64,000 nucleotides of DNA from a virus (IMGVR_UViG_3300045135_001049:6348-70347); one strand, 5' to 3'. Counted from the stretch's first letter, positions 19,601-30,140 are shown. Made by a program: numbers and translations. Notes: generated by a model from the sequence alone, not told the origin.

Positions 19601-22600
19601 AACATCGCAAACGTTAATACTGTTGCTGGTATTGACACAGATGTTACTACCGTATCTGGTATTAACACTGATGTAACTACTGTATCAGGCATTTCTGCAA
19701 ATGTTACTACTGTAGCTGGAATTAGTACAGACGTAACCACAGTAGCTACTAACAACGCAAATGTTACTACGGTTGCAAACAACGATGTTAATGTAACTAC
19801 TGTTGCAGGTATCGATTCAGATGTAACCACTGTTGCAGGAATTAGCGGCAACGTTACTACTGTAGCAACTAATGACGCTAACGTTACAACTGTTGCAACT
19901 GACATTGCAAATGTAAATACAACAGCAACCAACATTACTAACGTAAATACGGTAGCTGGTATTGATAGCGACGTAACAACTGTTGCTGGTATCAGCGGTA
20001 ATGTAACTACCGTAGCTACTAATGATGCAAACGTAACGACAGTAGCAACGGATATTGCAAACGTTAACACGACTGCAGGTAGTATTACAGGTGTAAATAC
20101 CGTAGCTACTGATATTGCCAACGTAAACACAACCGCAACTAATATTGCTAATGTGAACACAGTTGCGGGAATTGACAGTGATGTAACTACTGTAGCTACA
20201 AATAATGCTAACGTTACTACAGTCGCTGATGATATCGCTAATGTAAATACTACTGCTACAAACATTACAAATGTTAACACGGTAGCAGGCATTGACGCAG
20301 ATGTTACGACTGTAGCCGGTATTAGTGCAAACGTTACAACTGTTGCTACTAACGATACCAACGTTACTACAGTAGCTACAGACATAGCTAACGTTAACAC
20401 CACTGCTACTAACATTACGGATGTAAATACTGTTGCAGGAAGTATTACAAGTGTAAACACTGCAGCAACAGATATTGCTAACATCAACACAGTAGCTGGT
20501 ATTAGCTCTGATGTTACAACAGTATCTGGGAATAATGCCAATGTAACTACAGTTGCTACAGATATTAGCAACGTCAATACTACGGCTGGTAGCATCTCTA
20601 ATGTCAACACAGTTGCAGGTGATATTGCGAATGTAAACACTACAGCAGGAAGCATTGCTTCAGTTAACACAGTAGCAACAGACCTAGATCTAGAGACTTC
20701 TAACGTTGTAGTAGTAAGCACTAACATTACTGACGTTAACACAGTTGCTGGAAATATGACTAGCGTCAATACTGTTGCTACTGACATGACTAACGTTAAT
20801 ACTGTAGGTAGCAATATTGCAGACGTAACTTCAGTTGCGGATAACATGACTGAAGTATTAGCAGCTGACACTCATGCGGCTACTGCAACTACTAAAGCTG
20901 GAGAAGCCTCTGACAGCGCCGCTGCGGCGTTAGTAAGTGAAGGTAATGCGTCAGACAGTGAAGATGCTGCTGCGGCTTCAGCGCTCGCTGCGGCAGGCTC
21001 AGCTACTTCTGCACAAACTAGCTTGGAAACTTTCCAAGGACAGTACGCTTCTCAGGCTACTGCACCATCTAGTGCAGATATTGGTGACTTGTGGTTTGAT
21101 ACTAGCGTAGATGTTATGAAAGTTTATAGCTCTAGTGGCTGGGCATCTGCCTCTAGTTCTATTGAAGGCATTAAAACAGATTTTCAATTTGTTATGTCTG
21201 CAGACCAAACTGTTATCTCTGGTAATGGTTTAGTAATTGACACTGCTGGCCTGGTAAATGTTTATTTAAACGGTATTCGTTTACAGACTGCAGATTACAC
21301 AATTGATGCCCCTAATAACACTGTCACCCTAGCTTATGCTGCTGCTGCAGGTGACGAAGTAGAAGTAGAAGTATTTGGTAACTTTGCCGGTCAATCTGGC
21401 GCTGAAGTTGCTATTACCGGTGGTGTTATTACAGGTCTTGACGAGCTAAGTTCTGCTTCATTGCAGATTACTGGGGGCACTGGTACCCAAGGTACTATGA
21501 CTTGGAATACTGACGAAGAGACAGTAGACCTAGTTCTTGATGGTGCTACATTACAACTTGGTCAAGAAATTCATTACCATGTACGTAACAACACTGCTAC
21601 TAGTATTCCTAATGGTACTCCTGTTTACGCTTCAGGAACTTTAGGAGCTAGTGGTAGGATTACTGTAGCGCCATTTATTGCAGATGGTACTATTGCTGTT
21701 AAATACTTCTTGGGTGTTACAACAGAGGCTATTGCTGCTGGTTCAGACGGCAAAGTAACAGACTTTGGTAAAGTACGATCGTTTGATACAAGTGGCTTTA
21801 GCGAAGGAGACGTACTATACCCTAGCTCTACTGCAGCTGGTGAATTTACCAATACCGCTCCTGCAGCACCTAATTTAGCAATTCCTTGCGGTTTTGTAAT
21901 TAACTCAGCTAACAATGGTACAGTTTTTGTACGTGTACATCCTCAGGATGACAACGCTTACCAATTAGTTGCAGAACAAACGGCTACAAACATTAACAAT
22001 TCTGGCACTGATATGCTAAGTCTTGCTGATGGTTGGTACAAATGGGGTAGTACAACTCCAACTGACGCGCCGTTTAATTATGCTTCAATGCTCCAGTTAT
22101 CGGACACTAACCAAAAAATACAAATGGCGTTTGGCTCATCTGGTAGAGGCCGTTTGGCAATTCGCAGAGCTGACAGCGGTACGTTTTATGATTGGACAAG
22201 TGCTTGGACTGATGCAGACTTTGGCTCAGCTAAAATTTCAAATTGGGACACAGCTTATGGGTGGGGCAACCACGGAGCTGAAGGGTACGCGACAGAGGGT
22301 TACGTCACAAACGCAATTGCAGATTTAGTTGATAGTGCCCCAGGAACTCTTGATACATTAAATGAACTAGCGGCTGCGCTTGGCGACGATGCTAATTTTG
22401 CCACCACTGTTACTGATAGCATTGCGACAAAAGCTCCTTTAGCTAATCCTTCTTTTACTGGTGACATTACATTAAGTAGTCCTATAACAAGCCCGTCTGA
22501 AATTCGTATTAGTATGGGTGGCGGTACTTGGGTTGCAGGTACTGAGATAGGGCGTTATAGTTTTTACACTACAGATGGAAGTGGAATAGGCGCACGTGAG

Positions 22601-23764
22601 CTGGCTTCTGTTAGAGCTATTTCAGAGGATGGTGGTACTACTGCGAGCGGTGCTTTAGCATTCTACACCAGTGTTTATAACACTGCTGCTAGTGAAGCAA
22701 TGCGCATTAGCGCAAATAGGTATGTTGGTATTGGAGAAGCTGAGCCTGATCAACGACTTCACGTAAATGCCGGTACCACTAACGTAGCTGCAAAATTTGA
22801 ATCCACTGATTCCCAAGTTTGGTTGGCGCTTACTGATAATAACACTACTTATGGTACATTAATCGGTAGGGATACTGACGACAACAAACTATTTACTGTT
22901 GCTGATAATAATGTATACGAAAAGTTTTACATTACTGAAGATGGCCAAGCTACGTTTAGGTACAAACCTACGGCAAATGAAAATGGCGTTATTGATGTTC
23001 TGACACTTAGAGCGGATGATCCTAATAACGTAGTTGATTATCTATCTGGTGATGGTGTTGGTCTACTGTTTAAGATTGGTACAAATGACGTTAGTGGTTC
23101 TACATCTCAAATTGGTGCTAGAATTGCTACTTTACGTGGTTCTGGTACTGATACCAACTCTTCAACGTATCTTGGGTTCTATACATCTGATGATGACCAA
23201 ACTCTTGATAGAGTTGCTACGCTTGATAAGAATGCTCTTCGAATTAATGAGCAAGAGACAAACGCAGTCGGTTCATTTATTATTGGCAACGGTTCTGATG
23301 GCACAGCATTCTATATCAAAAAAGAGCATGATTCTACTAATAACTACTTAGCGTCTATTTACGCAGGTTATGGTGGTTCTTCGTTCTCTGATTTGAATAT
23401 CTATCGTGGTACTAACGGAGATTCAGATGCTTACGTTAAGTTTAGTAAGTCTGATCTAAGCGCAACATTTGGTGGAGATATTAATAGTTTATCTGATAAA
23501 AAACTAAAAGATAATATTCAGCCTATTGTAAATGCAACTGAAACTATTAATAAAATTAACGGGTATTCTTACGACTGGAAAAATGGTACAGGTAAAGGAC
23601 ATGGTGTTATTGCCCAAGAACTTGAAGAAGTTCTGCCTACCCTAGTTGCTGAGTCAGAAGGTACGAAAAGTGTTAAATACCTAGAGTTAATTCCATTCTT
23701 ACTTGAAGCAATTAAAGAACAGGATAAACGTATTAAAGAACTTGAACTTAAACTAGACAAGTAA
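16646..23764 (+). CDS. giant tail fibre with decad repeats and C-terminal intramolecular chaperone (peptidase S74)
   Basis: ~1400 aa of 10-residue repeats; SAPGTLDTLNELAAALGDDANF fibre motif; C-terminal SDKKLKDNI...GVIAQELEEVLP...LLEAIKE. Confidence 0.88.
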   Translation: MSRRVSSLDKTTVGIERDIGSQYDNVKTVATNIDDVVRVADSIDNIDRVDQSIENIDRVFVSIDNVDIVEDHIDNIDRVAISADHVDVVSTNIDAVLTVSGDISNVVKVAEDLNEAISEIETVANDLNETTSEIETVAFSIDNVNTVGTHITNVDRVATSADNVDRVSTSADNLDRVYTSITNLDRVYTSIAEVDRVYSSITEVDRLYTSIAEIDRVYTSIGNLDRVHTSVDNLDRVHTSIGNIDRVEDSADNLDRVHTSIDNLDRVHTSIANIDRVEDSADNLDRVFTSIDNLDRVYTSIDNVDRVDQSIAEVDRVYTSIDNLDRVYTSIDNLDRVDQSIDNLDRVHTSIDNVDRVDQSIDNVDRLVVVDTEGSGVATVDSIDRLNTGTTPDNIDRLNTGATANNIDRVEDSADNIDRLHTSIAEIDRLYTSVDNIDRVHTSIAEVDRVYTSIGNIDRVDTSIDNLDRVHTSIDKLDRVHTSIDKLDTVHDDLTRVDTVADNILDVNRVADSADNLDRVHTSVDNLDRVYTSIDNVDRVSTSADKLDRVHTSIAEVDRVYSSITNVDRVYTSIDNLDRVYTSVDNLDRVHTSIGNVDRVDESIDKVDRVYTSIDEVDRVYTSIANVDRLNVVDSDGSLVATVDSIDRLNTGATANNMDRLNTGSTANNIDRVATSADKLDRVHTSISELDRVYTSIDNLDRVDTSIDNLDRVYTSIDNLDRVDQSIDYIDRLHTSITEIDRIHTSIANLDRVHTSVDNLDRVHTSIDNVDTVNTHIANVDIVADNIADVNTVATDIAKVIKVADDLNEAISEVEVVANDLSETTSEIETVAGSIANVDAVGTDIANVNTVAGSITKVNTVSDSIDNVNRVYTSIASVDRLNTGSTANNMDRLTTSADNIDRVHTSITEVDRLYTSIDNIDRVHTSIDKVDRVNTSIDNIDRVYTSIGNIDIVEDHITNIDTVADSITNANTVATDIANVNTVATNIANVNTVAGIDTDVTTVSGINTDVTTVSGISANVTTVAGISTDVTTVATNNANVTTVANNDVNVTTVAGIDSDVTTVAGISGNVTTVATNDANVTTVATDIANVNTTATNITNVNTVAGIDSDVTTVAGISGNVTTVATNDANVTTVATDIANVNTTAGSITGVNTVATDIANVNTTATNIANVNTVAGIDSDVTTVATNNANVTTVADDIANVNTTATNITNVNTVAGIDADVTTVAGISANVTTVATNDTNVTTVATDIANVNTTATNITDVNTVAGSITSVNTAATDIANINTVAGISSDVTTVSGNNANVTTVATDISNVNTTAGSISNVNTVAGDIANVNTTAGSIASVNTVATDLDLETSNVVVVSTNITDVNTVAGNMTSVNTVATDMTNVNTVGSNIADVTSVADNMTEVLAADTHAATATTKAGEASDSAAAALVSEGNASDSEDAAAASALAAAGSATSAQTSLETFQGQYASQATAPSSADIGDLWFDTSVDVMKVYSSSGWASASSSIEGIKTDFQFVMSADQTVISGNGLVIDTAGLVNVYLNGIRLQTADYTIDAPNNTVTLAYAAAAGDEVEVEVFGNFAGQSGAEVAITGGVITGLDELSSASLQITGGTGTQGTMTWNTDEETVDLVLDGATLQLGQEIHYHVRNNTATSIPNGTPVYASGTLGASGRITVAPFIADGTIAVKYFLGVTTEAIAAGSDGKVTDFGKVRSFDTSGFSEGDVLYPSSTAAGEFTNTAPAAPNLAIPCGFVINSANNGTVFVRVHPQDDNAYQLVAEQTATNINNSGTDMLSLADGWYKWGSTTPTDAPFNYASMLQLSDTNQKIQMAFGSSGRGRLAIRRADSGTFYDWTSAWTDADFGSAKISNWDTAYGWGNHGAEGYATEGYVTNAIADLVDSAPGTLDTLNELAAALGDDANFATTVTDSIATKAPLANPSFTGDITLSSPITSPSEIRISMGGGTWVAGTEIGRYSFYTTDGSGIGARELASVRAISEDGGTTASGALAFYTSVYNTAASEAMRISANRYVGIGEAEPDQRLHVNAGTTNVAAKFESTDSQVWLALTDNNTTYGTLIGRDTDDNKLFTVADNNVYEKFYITEDGQATFRYKPTANENGVIDVLTLRADDPNNVVDYLSGDGVGLLFKIGTNDVSGSTSQIGARIATLRGSGTDTNSSTYLGFYTSDDDQTLDRVATLDKNALRINEQETNAVGSFIIGNGSDGTAFYIKKEHDSTNNYLASIYAGYGGSSFSDLNIYRGTNGDSDAYVKFSKSDLSATFGGDINSLSDKKLKDNIQPIVNATETINKINGYSYDWKNGTGKGHGVIAQELEEVLPTLVAESEGTKSVKYLELIPFLLEAIKEQDKRIKELELKLDK
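16700..20870 (+). repeat. 30-bp/10-aa degenerate coding tandem repeats (SIDNLDRVHT then NIANVNTVAG types)
   Basis: Directly visible in the translation; codons diverge synonymously. Confidence 0.95.
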
Positions 23765-23806
23765 CCTTACAAATTTTAAAACAGCTGAGTTCAAAAAGGA
23801 GCGAAG

Positions 23807-26800
23807 ATGGCTATTAAAGTACACGGCAACGCAGTTGCAGATTTTGAAGCAAAAGCAGTATTCCCTACTCATGGGTCTTCTGTTGACATTACCACTATTG
23901 GTAACACAAATGATGACGCAGTTAAACTGCCGCGTCTTGTAAAGAAAGGCGATAACTGGGACATTACCACCGCTAGTTATACTGGTAATTTTCAAAAGAT
24001 TTCTTCTCAAGGTGGTACTCCTTCTGGTATGTTTTTCAAACCAGATGGAAAAGTTATGTTTACAGTTGGTGAATCGGGAGACTCGGTTTCTGCTTGGGAC
24101 TTAACAACTCCTTGGAATGTTTCTACTGCTGTGTATCGTGAAAGACTTTATATTGGTTTTCACGCAAAAACTCCCCGTGGTATATATTTTAGACCTGATG
24201 GCCATAGGATGTATATCTATGATCTAACATACAGATCTCTTCGTGAGTATGTACTTGATGTTGCATGGTCAATTAACAGTGCGTCTTTCTTAGACAATGA
24301 CTCAGGTACTGTAGAACGTTATTATATTGGTTATCGTGATACTGCACCAAACGGCGTATTCATCACCCCTGACGGCGGTACTATGATTACTCTTGGCGAC
24401 TCTGGTAATGACTGGGATATCTTTACATTACAAGAGCCTTGGAAAGTATCTACTGCCGATCACGTTCAGAATTTTGGTTATGTTTCTTTAATTACTGGAG
24501 GCGGTGGAACAAGCTATGGTCGCCCATCAGGTTGGTCATGGAAACCAGATGGTACTGGTTTGATTATGACGGAGTATGCACCATCTATTGTTCATGAGTT
24601 TTCATTTTCGACTGCTTGGGATGTTACAACTGCATCGTATGTTAGATCATATACATTGCCAGGTATTTCAAGAGTAGACTATGCTGAATCAGTTGAATGG
24701 GGTTTAAATGGTAACTCTTTCTTTGTAGTTTGTATGCATAATGATATTATTGCTGAATTCACAGTATCTTCTGCTTACTCGTTAACTGGTGCAACTTTTG
24801 TTGGCGCACACTCTGTTGCCGACTTAATGCCTTCTCCTTCTTCACTTAAATTTGCAGACAACGGTAACGTTGCTTACATGACAGGCTCTAGTGCAGACAG
24901 AATTTATGCGTTTGACCTAGATTCCCCTTATAGCCTTGATAAATTAACATATCGTTCTAGTATGGATGTTGGTTTTCAATCAGCCACTCCAAGATCACTT
25001 TACATTAGAGATAATAATCTTGATATATATTGTACAGGTTCGTCTGGTGACGACATTAGACACTATACATTAAGTGCTGAACATGACTTAGCAAGTGTTA
25101 CAGGATCTATTTTACCTTTATTTGAGCATGCTAATGAGTACACTGGTCTATTTTTTAAACCAGATGGTACCCGCCTGTTTATGGTTAATAGTACAGGAGG
25201 CTGTGTAGAAGAATATGCACTGCAAAATCCTTGGCAAATTTCAGGCGCAACACTAGTACAACAAAAAGGTACAATTTCTCAACGTGACCCTCGTGGTATT
25301 TGGATTCGTGGTGACGGTAACAGATTGTTTATTGTTGGCGAGGCTGGTGACTACGTAGATTCATATTACTTGTCTACATCGTGGGATATTTCTACGATGA
25401 CGTTTGAGCGTAACTTTAGCATAGGTAGTAAAGAAACTACTCCTCGTTCTGTATTTTTTAAAACAGATGGATCAAAGTTTTGGGCGTTAGGATATAGCTC
25501 TGATACAGTGTGGGAATATGATCTCACTAACTCTAGACTAGTTTTTGAGTCTAATGTTGATATTGGATCTGATGCAGAAATTGGCGGAAACTTAACTGTC
25601 GGTAAAGAGATTATTGCGCAAGGTCGTATCGATGCAGGTGACGTAAGAACAGATTATATTAAAGTTGAAAACAATCTTCGTTTTGGTAATGACGGTGTTA
25701 TCAACCCAGCAATGGATACAGACCTTGCTATTTCTCAACGTGTAGGCGAACTAGGTCAGTTTGATTACAACGACTATGACACAAAAGTAAATGATGTTTG
25801 GATCAGCCCAGACGGTACTAAAATGTTTGCTCTTGGTGGTACTAATCGCAGAATGCATTATTTTACGCTTACTACTCCTAATGATATTAACACACGTGTA
25901 TATGATGGTTATGTTGACTTAGAAGCAATATATGGCGCTAAAGAACCTAAAGGTATGTGGTTTAATGATGCTGGTACACAATGCTGGATTGTTGACTATC
26001 AATCTTTTGTCGTAGCAAAACTAACGCTTTCTACCGCATGGGATGTAACTACGTTATCGTTTAATGGTAATTCTCCATACAGATCAAATGATGTATCTGG
26101 TTATTTAACTTCACCTACTGGTATTTTCTGGAAGCCTGATGGTACAAAGTTTTGGTTAACAGGGGATTCAACTAACGCTATTAAAGAATTTTCTACTTCT
26201 ACTGATTGGGTTATAACAGGCGCAACATACTTAGGGCAACTTGATACTGATGTATTAACTGGAACTACTGGTACTGGTCAATATGCACCTAATATTAGTG
26301 GTTTAGAATTTAGCGCAGACGGTACTAAATGTTACATCACAGGTAACTTTATTGACGCTGTTCTTCAACTAACATTATCTACTGCTTGGGATATTACTAG
26401 TGCTTCATTCGACTCTGGTTCTATCACTATGACTGGAGACTTGCCTCAAAGTTCTATCAACGGTATTTGGGTTAAAAATGATGGTCGAAGAGTTTATAGT
26501 ATTGATGGTGCAACACTCTATCATTATTATTTAAACACGGCACATGACATGTCAACTGCTGTTCAACAGCAAGGTATAACTCTCCCATACGGATTAGCGT
26601 CTGGCACTGGTATTCATATGAAAGACGATGGTACTGGCGGCGTGTTGTTTGATGGTTCATATATTGAAGGTGCTATTTACTTTACACTTTCTACTGCTTG
26701 GGATTTGAATACCTTTTCAATTGATGGTGGAAGTAGAAACGAATTAGATATATCTAGTAGATTATCGACAGTACAAGGGTTGACTCTTGATGATTCTGGT

Positions 26801-29800
26801 ACAAGAATGTATCTATGTGGATCGACTACTGCTGATGTTGTACAGTACAGTTTATCTTCAGCACATAATATTACCTCTGCAAGTCACGCAAATACTTTAG
26901 ACGTGTCTGCTGATTTTAGTGGTCTTACTCTAAGAGATAATGCTATTAGTAGTGATGGTACTAAACTATATGTTGTTGGTTCAGCAAATCCAAATTCTAA
27001 AATTGTTGTATATGATTTAAGCACAGCATGGAATATTTCTACTGCAACTAAGTCTTATGAGATTGCACAAGATATTCTTGACCCCTATGGTCGTCTTAGT
27101 ATTGATGATATTCGAGATATTAAATTTGGAAATAGTGGTACTAAATTTTACATAATCGATGCTGCCGCTGACAGAGTTTATCAGTATAATCTAAGCACTG
27201 CTTGGAATATTGAAGAATCTAGTTTAACTTATATTAGTGATTCTAGAACTCTAATTGATGGAACATGTGAAGGCGTTACGTTTGATTCTACTGGTACATA
27301 TTTGTATTTGATGGGTAATAGTACAAATAAAATCGGTCAATATCGCTTAAAAACTCCTTGGGAAATCTCTTCTATGGAGTATATGAAACAGTTGTGGATT
27401 GGTCATATTTTATCATCTCCTACATGTATCTATATTACACCAACAGGTAATAAACTTATTGGTGCTGGAACTATTGCGGATTCCGTTGTTGAATTCCCAA
27501 TGACAGTTAATTACCAGATTTCAAGTATTGCCACTGGTAATCATTTCCACTCAGATGAGTACGAAACTGCAACAAGTGCTGGTTTTATGTCCCCAGATGG
27601 TCAGTATATGTCATTAGTTGGTAGTGCTACTGACAGACAACAACTTTGGAAACTAGATACAGCGTGGGACCTTACTACAGCTAAATTGATGGGCTATAAT
27701 ACAGGCACTTCAGGTGACGCCTATATGAATGCTGTATACTACTCAGACGATGGTCAGTATGTATTTTACTATGACTATAAAAGCGATTTAATTAACAGAT
27801 ATACTTTAGGTACCGCTTGGGACCCATTCTCTGGGTACGGCAGTAGACAATACGTTGGTACAGCTTCTTTAGGTGGTGGTATTGATGGTCTTGCTTTTGC
27901 AGGTAATGGCACAAAAATGTATATCGCAGATGGTTCTTCCGACAGAATTAAATGTGTTACTTTAAGCACTGCTTGGGATTTGACTACTGCTGATCTTGGT
28001 GACTATGTATATGTTGGGGCTTATGAAGCCGCACCAGAAGGACTAGTTTTAAAATCAGATGGTACAAAAATGTATGTTGTTGGTTCTTCTGGAGATGAAG
28101 TTAACCAATTTAGTCTATCAACTGCATGGGATATTAGCACCGCTACTTATGAAAAGAACTTTAGGGTAAATGCTTTTGAAACAGCACCTGCTGGATTTAC
28201 TTTTAAAACAGATGGTACTAAATTCTGGTTCCTTGGTAATACGTCAAGATCAATTTATGAATACACCCTTTCTACTGCATGGGACGTTGCTACTGCTACA
28301 TATGTTGGTAGAGCGTACATTGGTGATCTGTCAGGTAACCCAGAAGGTATTGAGTTTAAAAAATCTAATGGTGGTACAATCTTTATCGTAGATAATAAAG
28401 ATAACGCTATCTATGAGTACAATAACATTACTGATTGGACAGTTATTGGGTCTGGTGGTATACCTCAACCAGACATTCTTGACTTAAAAGACTATGATGA
28501 CTTACCTACAGGTGTGCATGTTAAATCTGACGGTACACGACTAGTGGTAGTAGGTGACACATCTGAAGATGCTTGGCAGTTTGATATGTCAACTGCTTTT
28601 GATATTAAAACAGCAACATACAACAGTGTTAAATATGTGCCAAACTTTGGTAACGCTTATAGAACACATGATGTATTCTTTAATAAAACTGGATCCAAGT
28701 ATTATATCCTTTGTCAATACAGAAACATATTGGCACAATATGACTTAAGTACGTCATGGGATATCTCTACATCTACGTTAGAGTATGTATTAGACTTAAC
28801 TTATAACACTATGTATTACTACGCAAGTACCTCTAGCTTTGATGGTGCAACAGGTATTTGTTTTACAGATGATGGTACTAAGTTGCTTGTAACTAACTCA
28901 TACAATAATACTATTACTGCTATTGGTCTGGACATACCATACGATATTCGTTCTGCTAAATTAAAAACTCGTTCAGCATATATGGATGAAGCACAATCTA
29001 CTGGTGCAGGTTATGAGACAAACTTTGGTCAAATAGTATTTACGTCTGATGGTCGTAAAATGTTTGTTACTGGTCGTGATAAAAACGCTGTAAGAGAATA
29101 TGACTTATCAACTCCGTTTGATATTTCATCTAGTGTTTACAATGGTGTTCAAGTAGCTACAGGAATCGATGGGAATAACTATGGTCTGCATTTTAGCCCT
29201 TGTGGTTATCATATGTACACTACAGGTTATGATTCTGATCTTTTAAGATACCATAGATTATCATCTCCATTTGATTTAAGCACTGCAACAGCAGGTGCCA
29301 CAATGGGTCTTGGGGAATCTGGTAGTTACGTGTATGGTGATCACATACCTCTTGACGTATACGTTAGATACGATGGTAAGAAGTTGTACTATACTGGTGA
29401 ATACAGTACAAAACTAGTGGAATTTGATTTATCAACTCCATTTGATATTAGTACAGCAACTTTTAACCAATATCGTTCAGTAGCAGATGCTGGTCACTAC
29501 CCTAGAGCATTTACGTTTAGGGCCGATGGTACAAGAGTTTACTTTGTAGAAGATGAGCGTGACACGTTTATTGAATACAAACTAACTACGCCTTGGGATA
29601 TTAGCACCATGGTTCTTCATCGTAAGAAGAAGTTCCCATATGGTTTTTACAACCCACAAGGTCTTGCGTTTAGTGCTAATGGTGACTACGTGTACTTTAC
29701 ATCTAGGCACAACGAGACGATTGTGCAGGTGCCTATTACTGAAAACTATCTTTCTATTGAAGGGCAGGTTGCAGTCAATGGTGGGTTTACAATTGGCGGT

Positions 29801-30028
29801 AATATGATTACGACTAGAAACGTTAGTAACTATGGTAACTACGGGTTTGGTACTGACACACCGCAAACATCTATTGACGCAAGTGGTAGACAAGATGGTA
29901 TTGTTTTCCCAACAGGCACTACTGCTGAACGCCCAGGAAATGCTCCTGCTGGTACTGTCAGGTATAACACTGATAATAGTAAGTTAGAAATCTGTTTAGG
30001 TGGAGGCAGTTGGACTAACCTACACTAA
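23807..30028 (+). CDS. multi-beta-propeller virion/receptor-binding protein
   Basis: Dozens of ~50-aa blades (P.G..F..DG.K.Y.......Y.LSTAWDISTA); C-terminal PTGTTAERP...GTVRYNTD motif. Confidence 0.8.
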   Translation: MAIKVHGNAVADFEAKAVFPTHGSSVDITTIGNTNDDAVKLPRLVKKGDNWDITTASYTGNFQKISSQGGTPSGMFFKPDGKVMFTVGESGDSVSAWDLTTPWNVSTAVYRERLYIGFHAKTPRGIYFRPDGHRMYIYDLTYRSLREYVLDVAWSINSASFLDNDSGTVERYYIGYRDTAPNGVFITPDGGTMITLGDSGNDWDIFTLQEPWKVSTADHVQNFGYVSLITGGGGTSYGRPSGWSWKPDGTGLIMTEYAPSIVHEFSFSTAWDVTTASYVRSYTLPGISRVDYAESVEWGLNGNSFFVVCMHNDIIAEFTVSSAYSLTGATFVGAHSVADLMPSPSSLKFADNGNVAYMTGSSADRIYAFDLDSPYSLDKLTYRSSMDVGFQSATPRSLYIRDNNLDIYCTGSSGDDIRHYTLSAEHDLASVTGSILPLFEHANEYTGLFFKPDGTRLFMVNSTGGCVEEYALQNPWQISGATLVQQKGTISQRDPRGIWIRGDGNRLFIVGEAGDYVDSYYLSTSWDISTMTFERNFSIGSKETTPRSVFFKTDGSKFWALGYSSDTVWEYDLTNSRLVFESNVDIGSDAEIGGNLTVGKEIIAQGRIDAGDVRTDYIKVENNLRFGNDGVINPAMDTDLAISQRVGELGQFDYNDYDTKVNDVWISPDGTKMFALGGTNRRMHYFTLTTPNDINTRVYDGYVDLEAIYGAKEPKGMWFNDAGTQCWIVDYQSFVVAKLTLSTAWDVTTLSFNGNSPYRSNDVSGYLTSPTGIFWKPDGTKFWLTGDSTNAIKEFSTSTDWVITGATYLGQLDTDVLTGTTGTGQYAPNISGLEFSADGTKCYITGNFIDAVLQLTLSTAWDITSASFDSGSITMTGDLPQSSINGIWVKNDGRRVYSIDGATLYHYYLNTAHDMSTAVQQQGITLPYGLASGTGIHMKDDGTGGVLFDGSYIEGAIYFTLSTAWDLNTFSIDGGSRNELDISSRLSTVQGLTLDDSGTRMYLCGSTTADVVQYSLSSAHNITSASHANTLDVSADFSGLTLRDNAISSDGTKLYVVGSANPNSKIVVYDLSTAWNISTATKSYEIAQDILDPYGRLSIDDIRDIKFGNSGTKFYIIDAAADRVYQYNLSTAWNIEESSLTYISDSRTLIDGTCEGVTFDSTGTYLYLMGNSTNKIGQYRLKTPWEISSMEYMKQLWIGHILSSPTCIYITPTGNKLIGAGTIADSVVEFPMTVNYQISSIATGNHFHSDEYETATSAGFMSPDGQYMSLVGSATDRQQLWKLDTAWDLTTAKLMGYNTGTSGDAYMNAVYYSDDGQYVFYYDYKSDLINRYTLGTAWDPFSGYGSRQYVGTASLGGGIDGLAFAGNGTKMYIADGSSDRIKCVTLSTAWDLTTADLGDYVYVGAYEAAPEGLVLKSDGTKMYVVGSSGDEVNQFSLSTAWDISTATYEKNFRVNAFETAPAGFTFKTDGTKFWFLGNTSRSIYEYTLSTAWDVATATYVGRAYIGDLSGNPEGIEFKKSNGGTIFIVDNKDNAIYEYNNITDWTVIGSGGIPQPDILDLKDYDDLPTGVHVKSDGTRLVVVGDTSEDAWQFDMSTAFDIKTATYNSVKYVPNFGNAYRTHDVFFNKTGSKYYILCQYRNILAQYDLSTSWDISTSTLEYVLDLTYNTMYYYASTSSFDGATGICFTDDGTKLLVTNSYNNTITAIGLDIPYDIRSAKLKTRSAYMDEAQSTGAGYETNFGQIVFTSDGRKMFVTGRDKNAVREYDLSTPFDISSSVYNGVQVATGIDGNNYGLHFSPCGYHMYTTGYDSDLLRYHRLSSPFDLSTATAGATMGLGESGSYVYGDHIPLDVYVRYDGKKLYYTGEYSTKLVEFDLSTPFDISTATFNQYRSVADAGHYPRAFTFRADGTRVYFVEDERDTFIEYKLTTPWDISTMVLHRKKKFPYGFYNPQGLAFSANGDYVYFTSRHNETIVQVPITENYLSIEGQVAVNGGFTIGGNMITTRNVSNYGNYGFGTDTPQTSIDASGRQDGIVFPTGTTAERPGNAPAGTVRYNTDNSKLEICLGGGSWTNLH

Positions 30029-30035
30029 TGAATAA

Positions 30036-30060
30036 AGGGGGGAGCAATCCCCCTAGTTCT
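30036..30060 (+). terminator. GC-rich hairpin, probable terminator
   Basis: AGGGGGGA-GCAA-TCCCCCT (one bulged G) after the stop of the propeller gene; weak U tract. Confidence 0.55.
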
Positions 30061-30080
30061 ACATATTATTTTAATCAAGC

Positions 30081-30109
30081 TTGTGTTTTAATAGTTTAAA
30101 TTGTATAAT
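30081..30109 (+). promoter_or_regulatory. sigma70-like promoter
   Basis: TTGTGT-17 nt-TATAAT, then AGGA SD and GTG 30141. Confidence 0.65.
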
Positions 30110-30140
30110 ACATACGCTGATATTTATAGGAATTATTATT

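Noticed and set aside
16700-20870. 30-bp periodic repeats as a possible CRISPR array
   Set aside because: Repeats are degenerate at third codon positions, in frame, and have no unique spacers; no cas genes
19474-20871. 465-aa antisense ORF (and shorter ones at 16897-17301, 17965-18252, 18970-19245)
   Set aside because: Shadow of the Thr/Val/Asn/Ala decad repeat, whose codons rarely give reverse-strand stops; no SD or promoter evident
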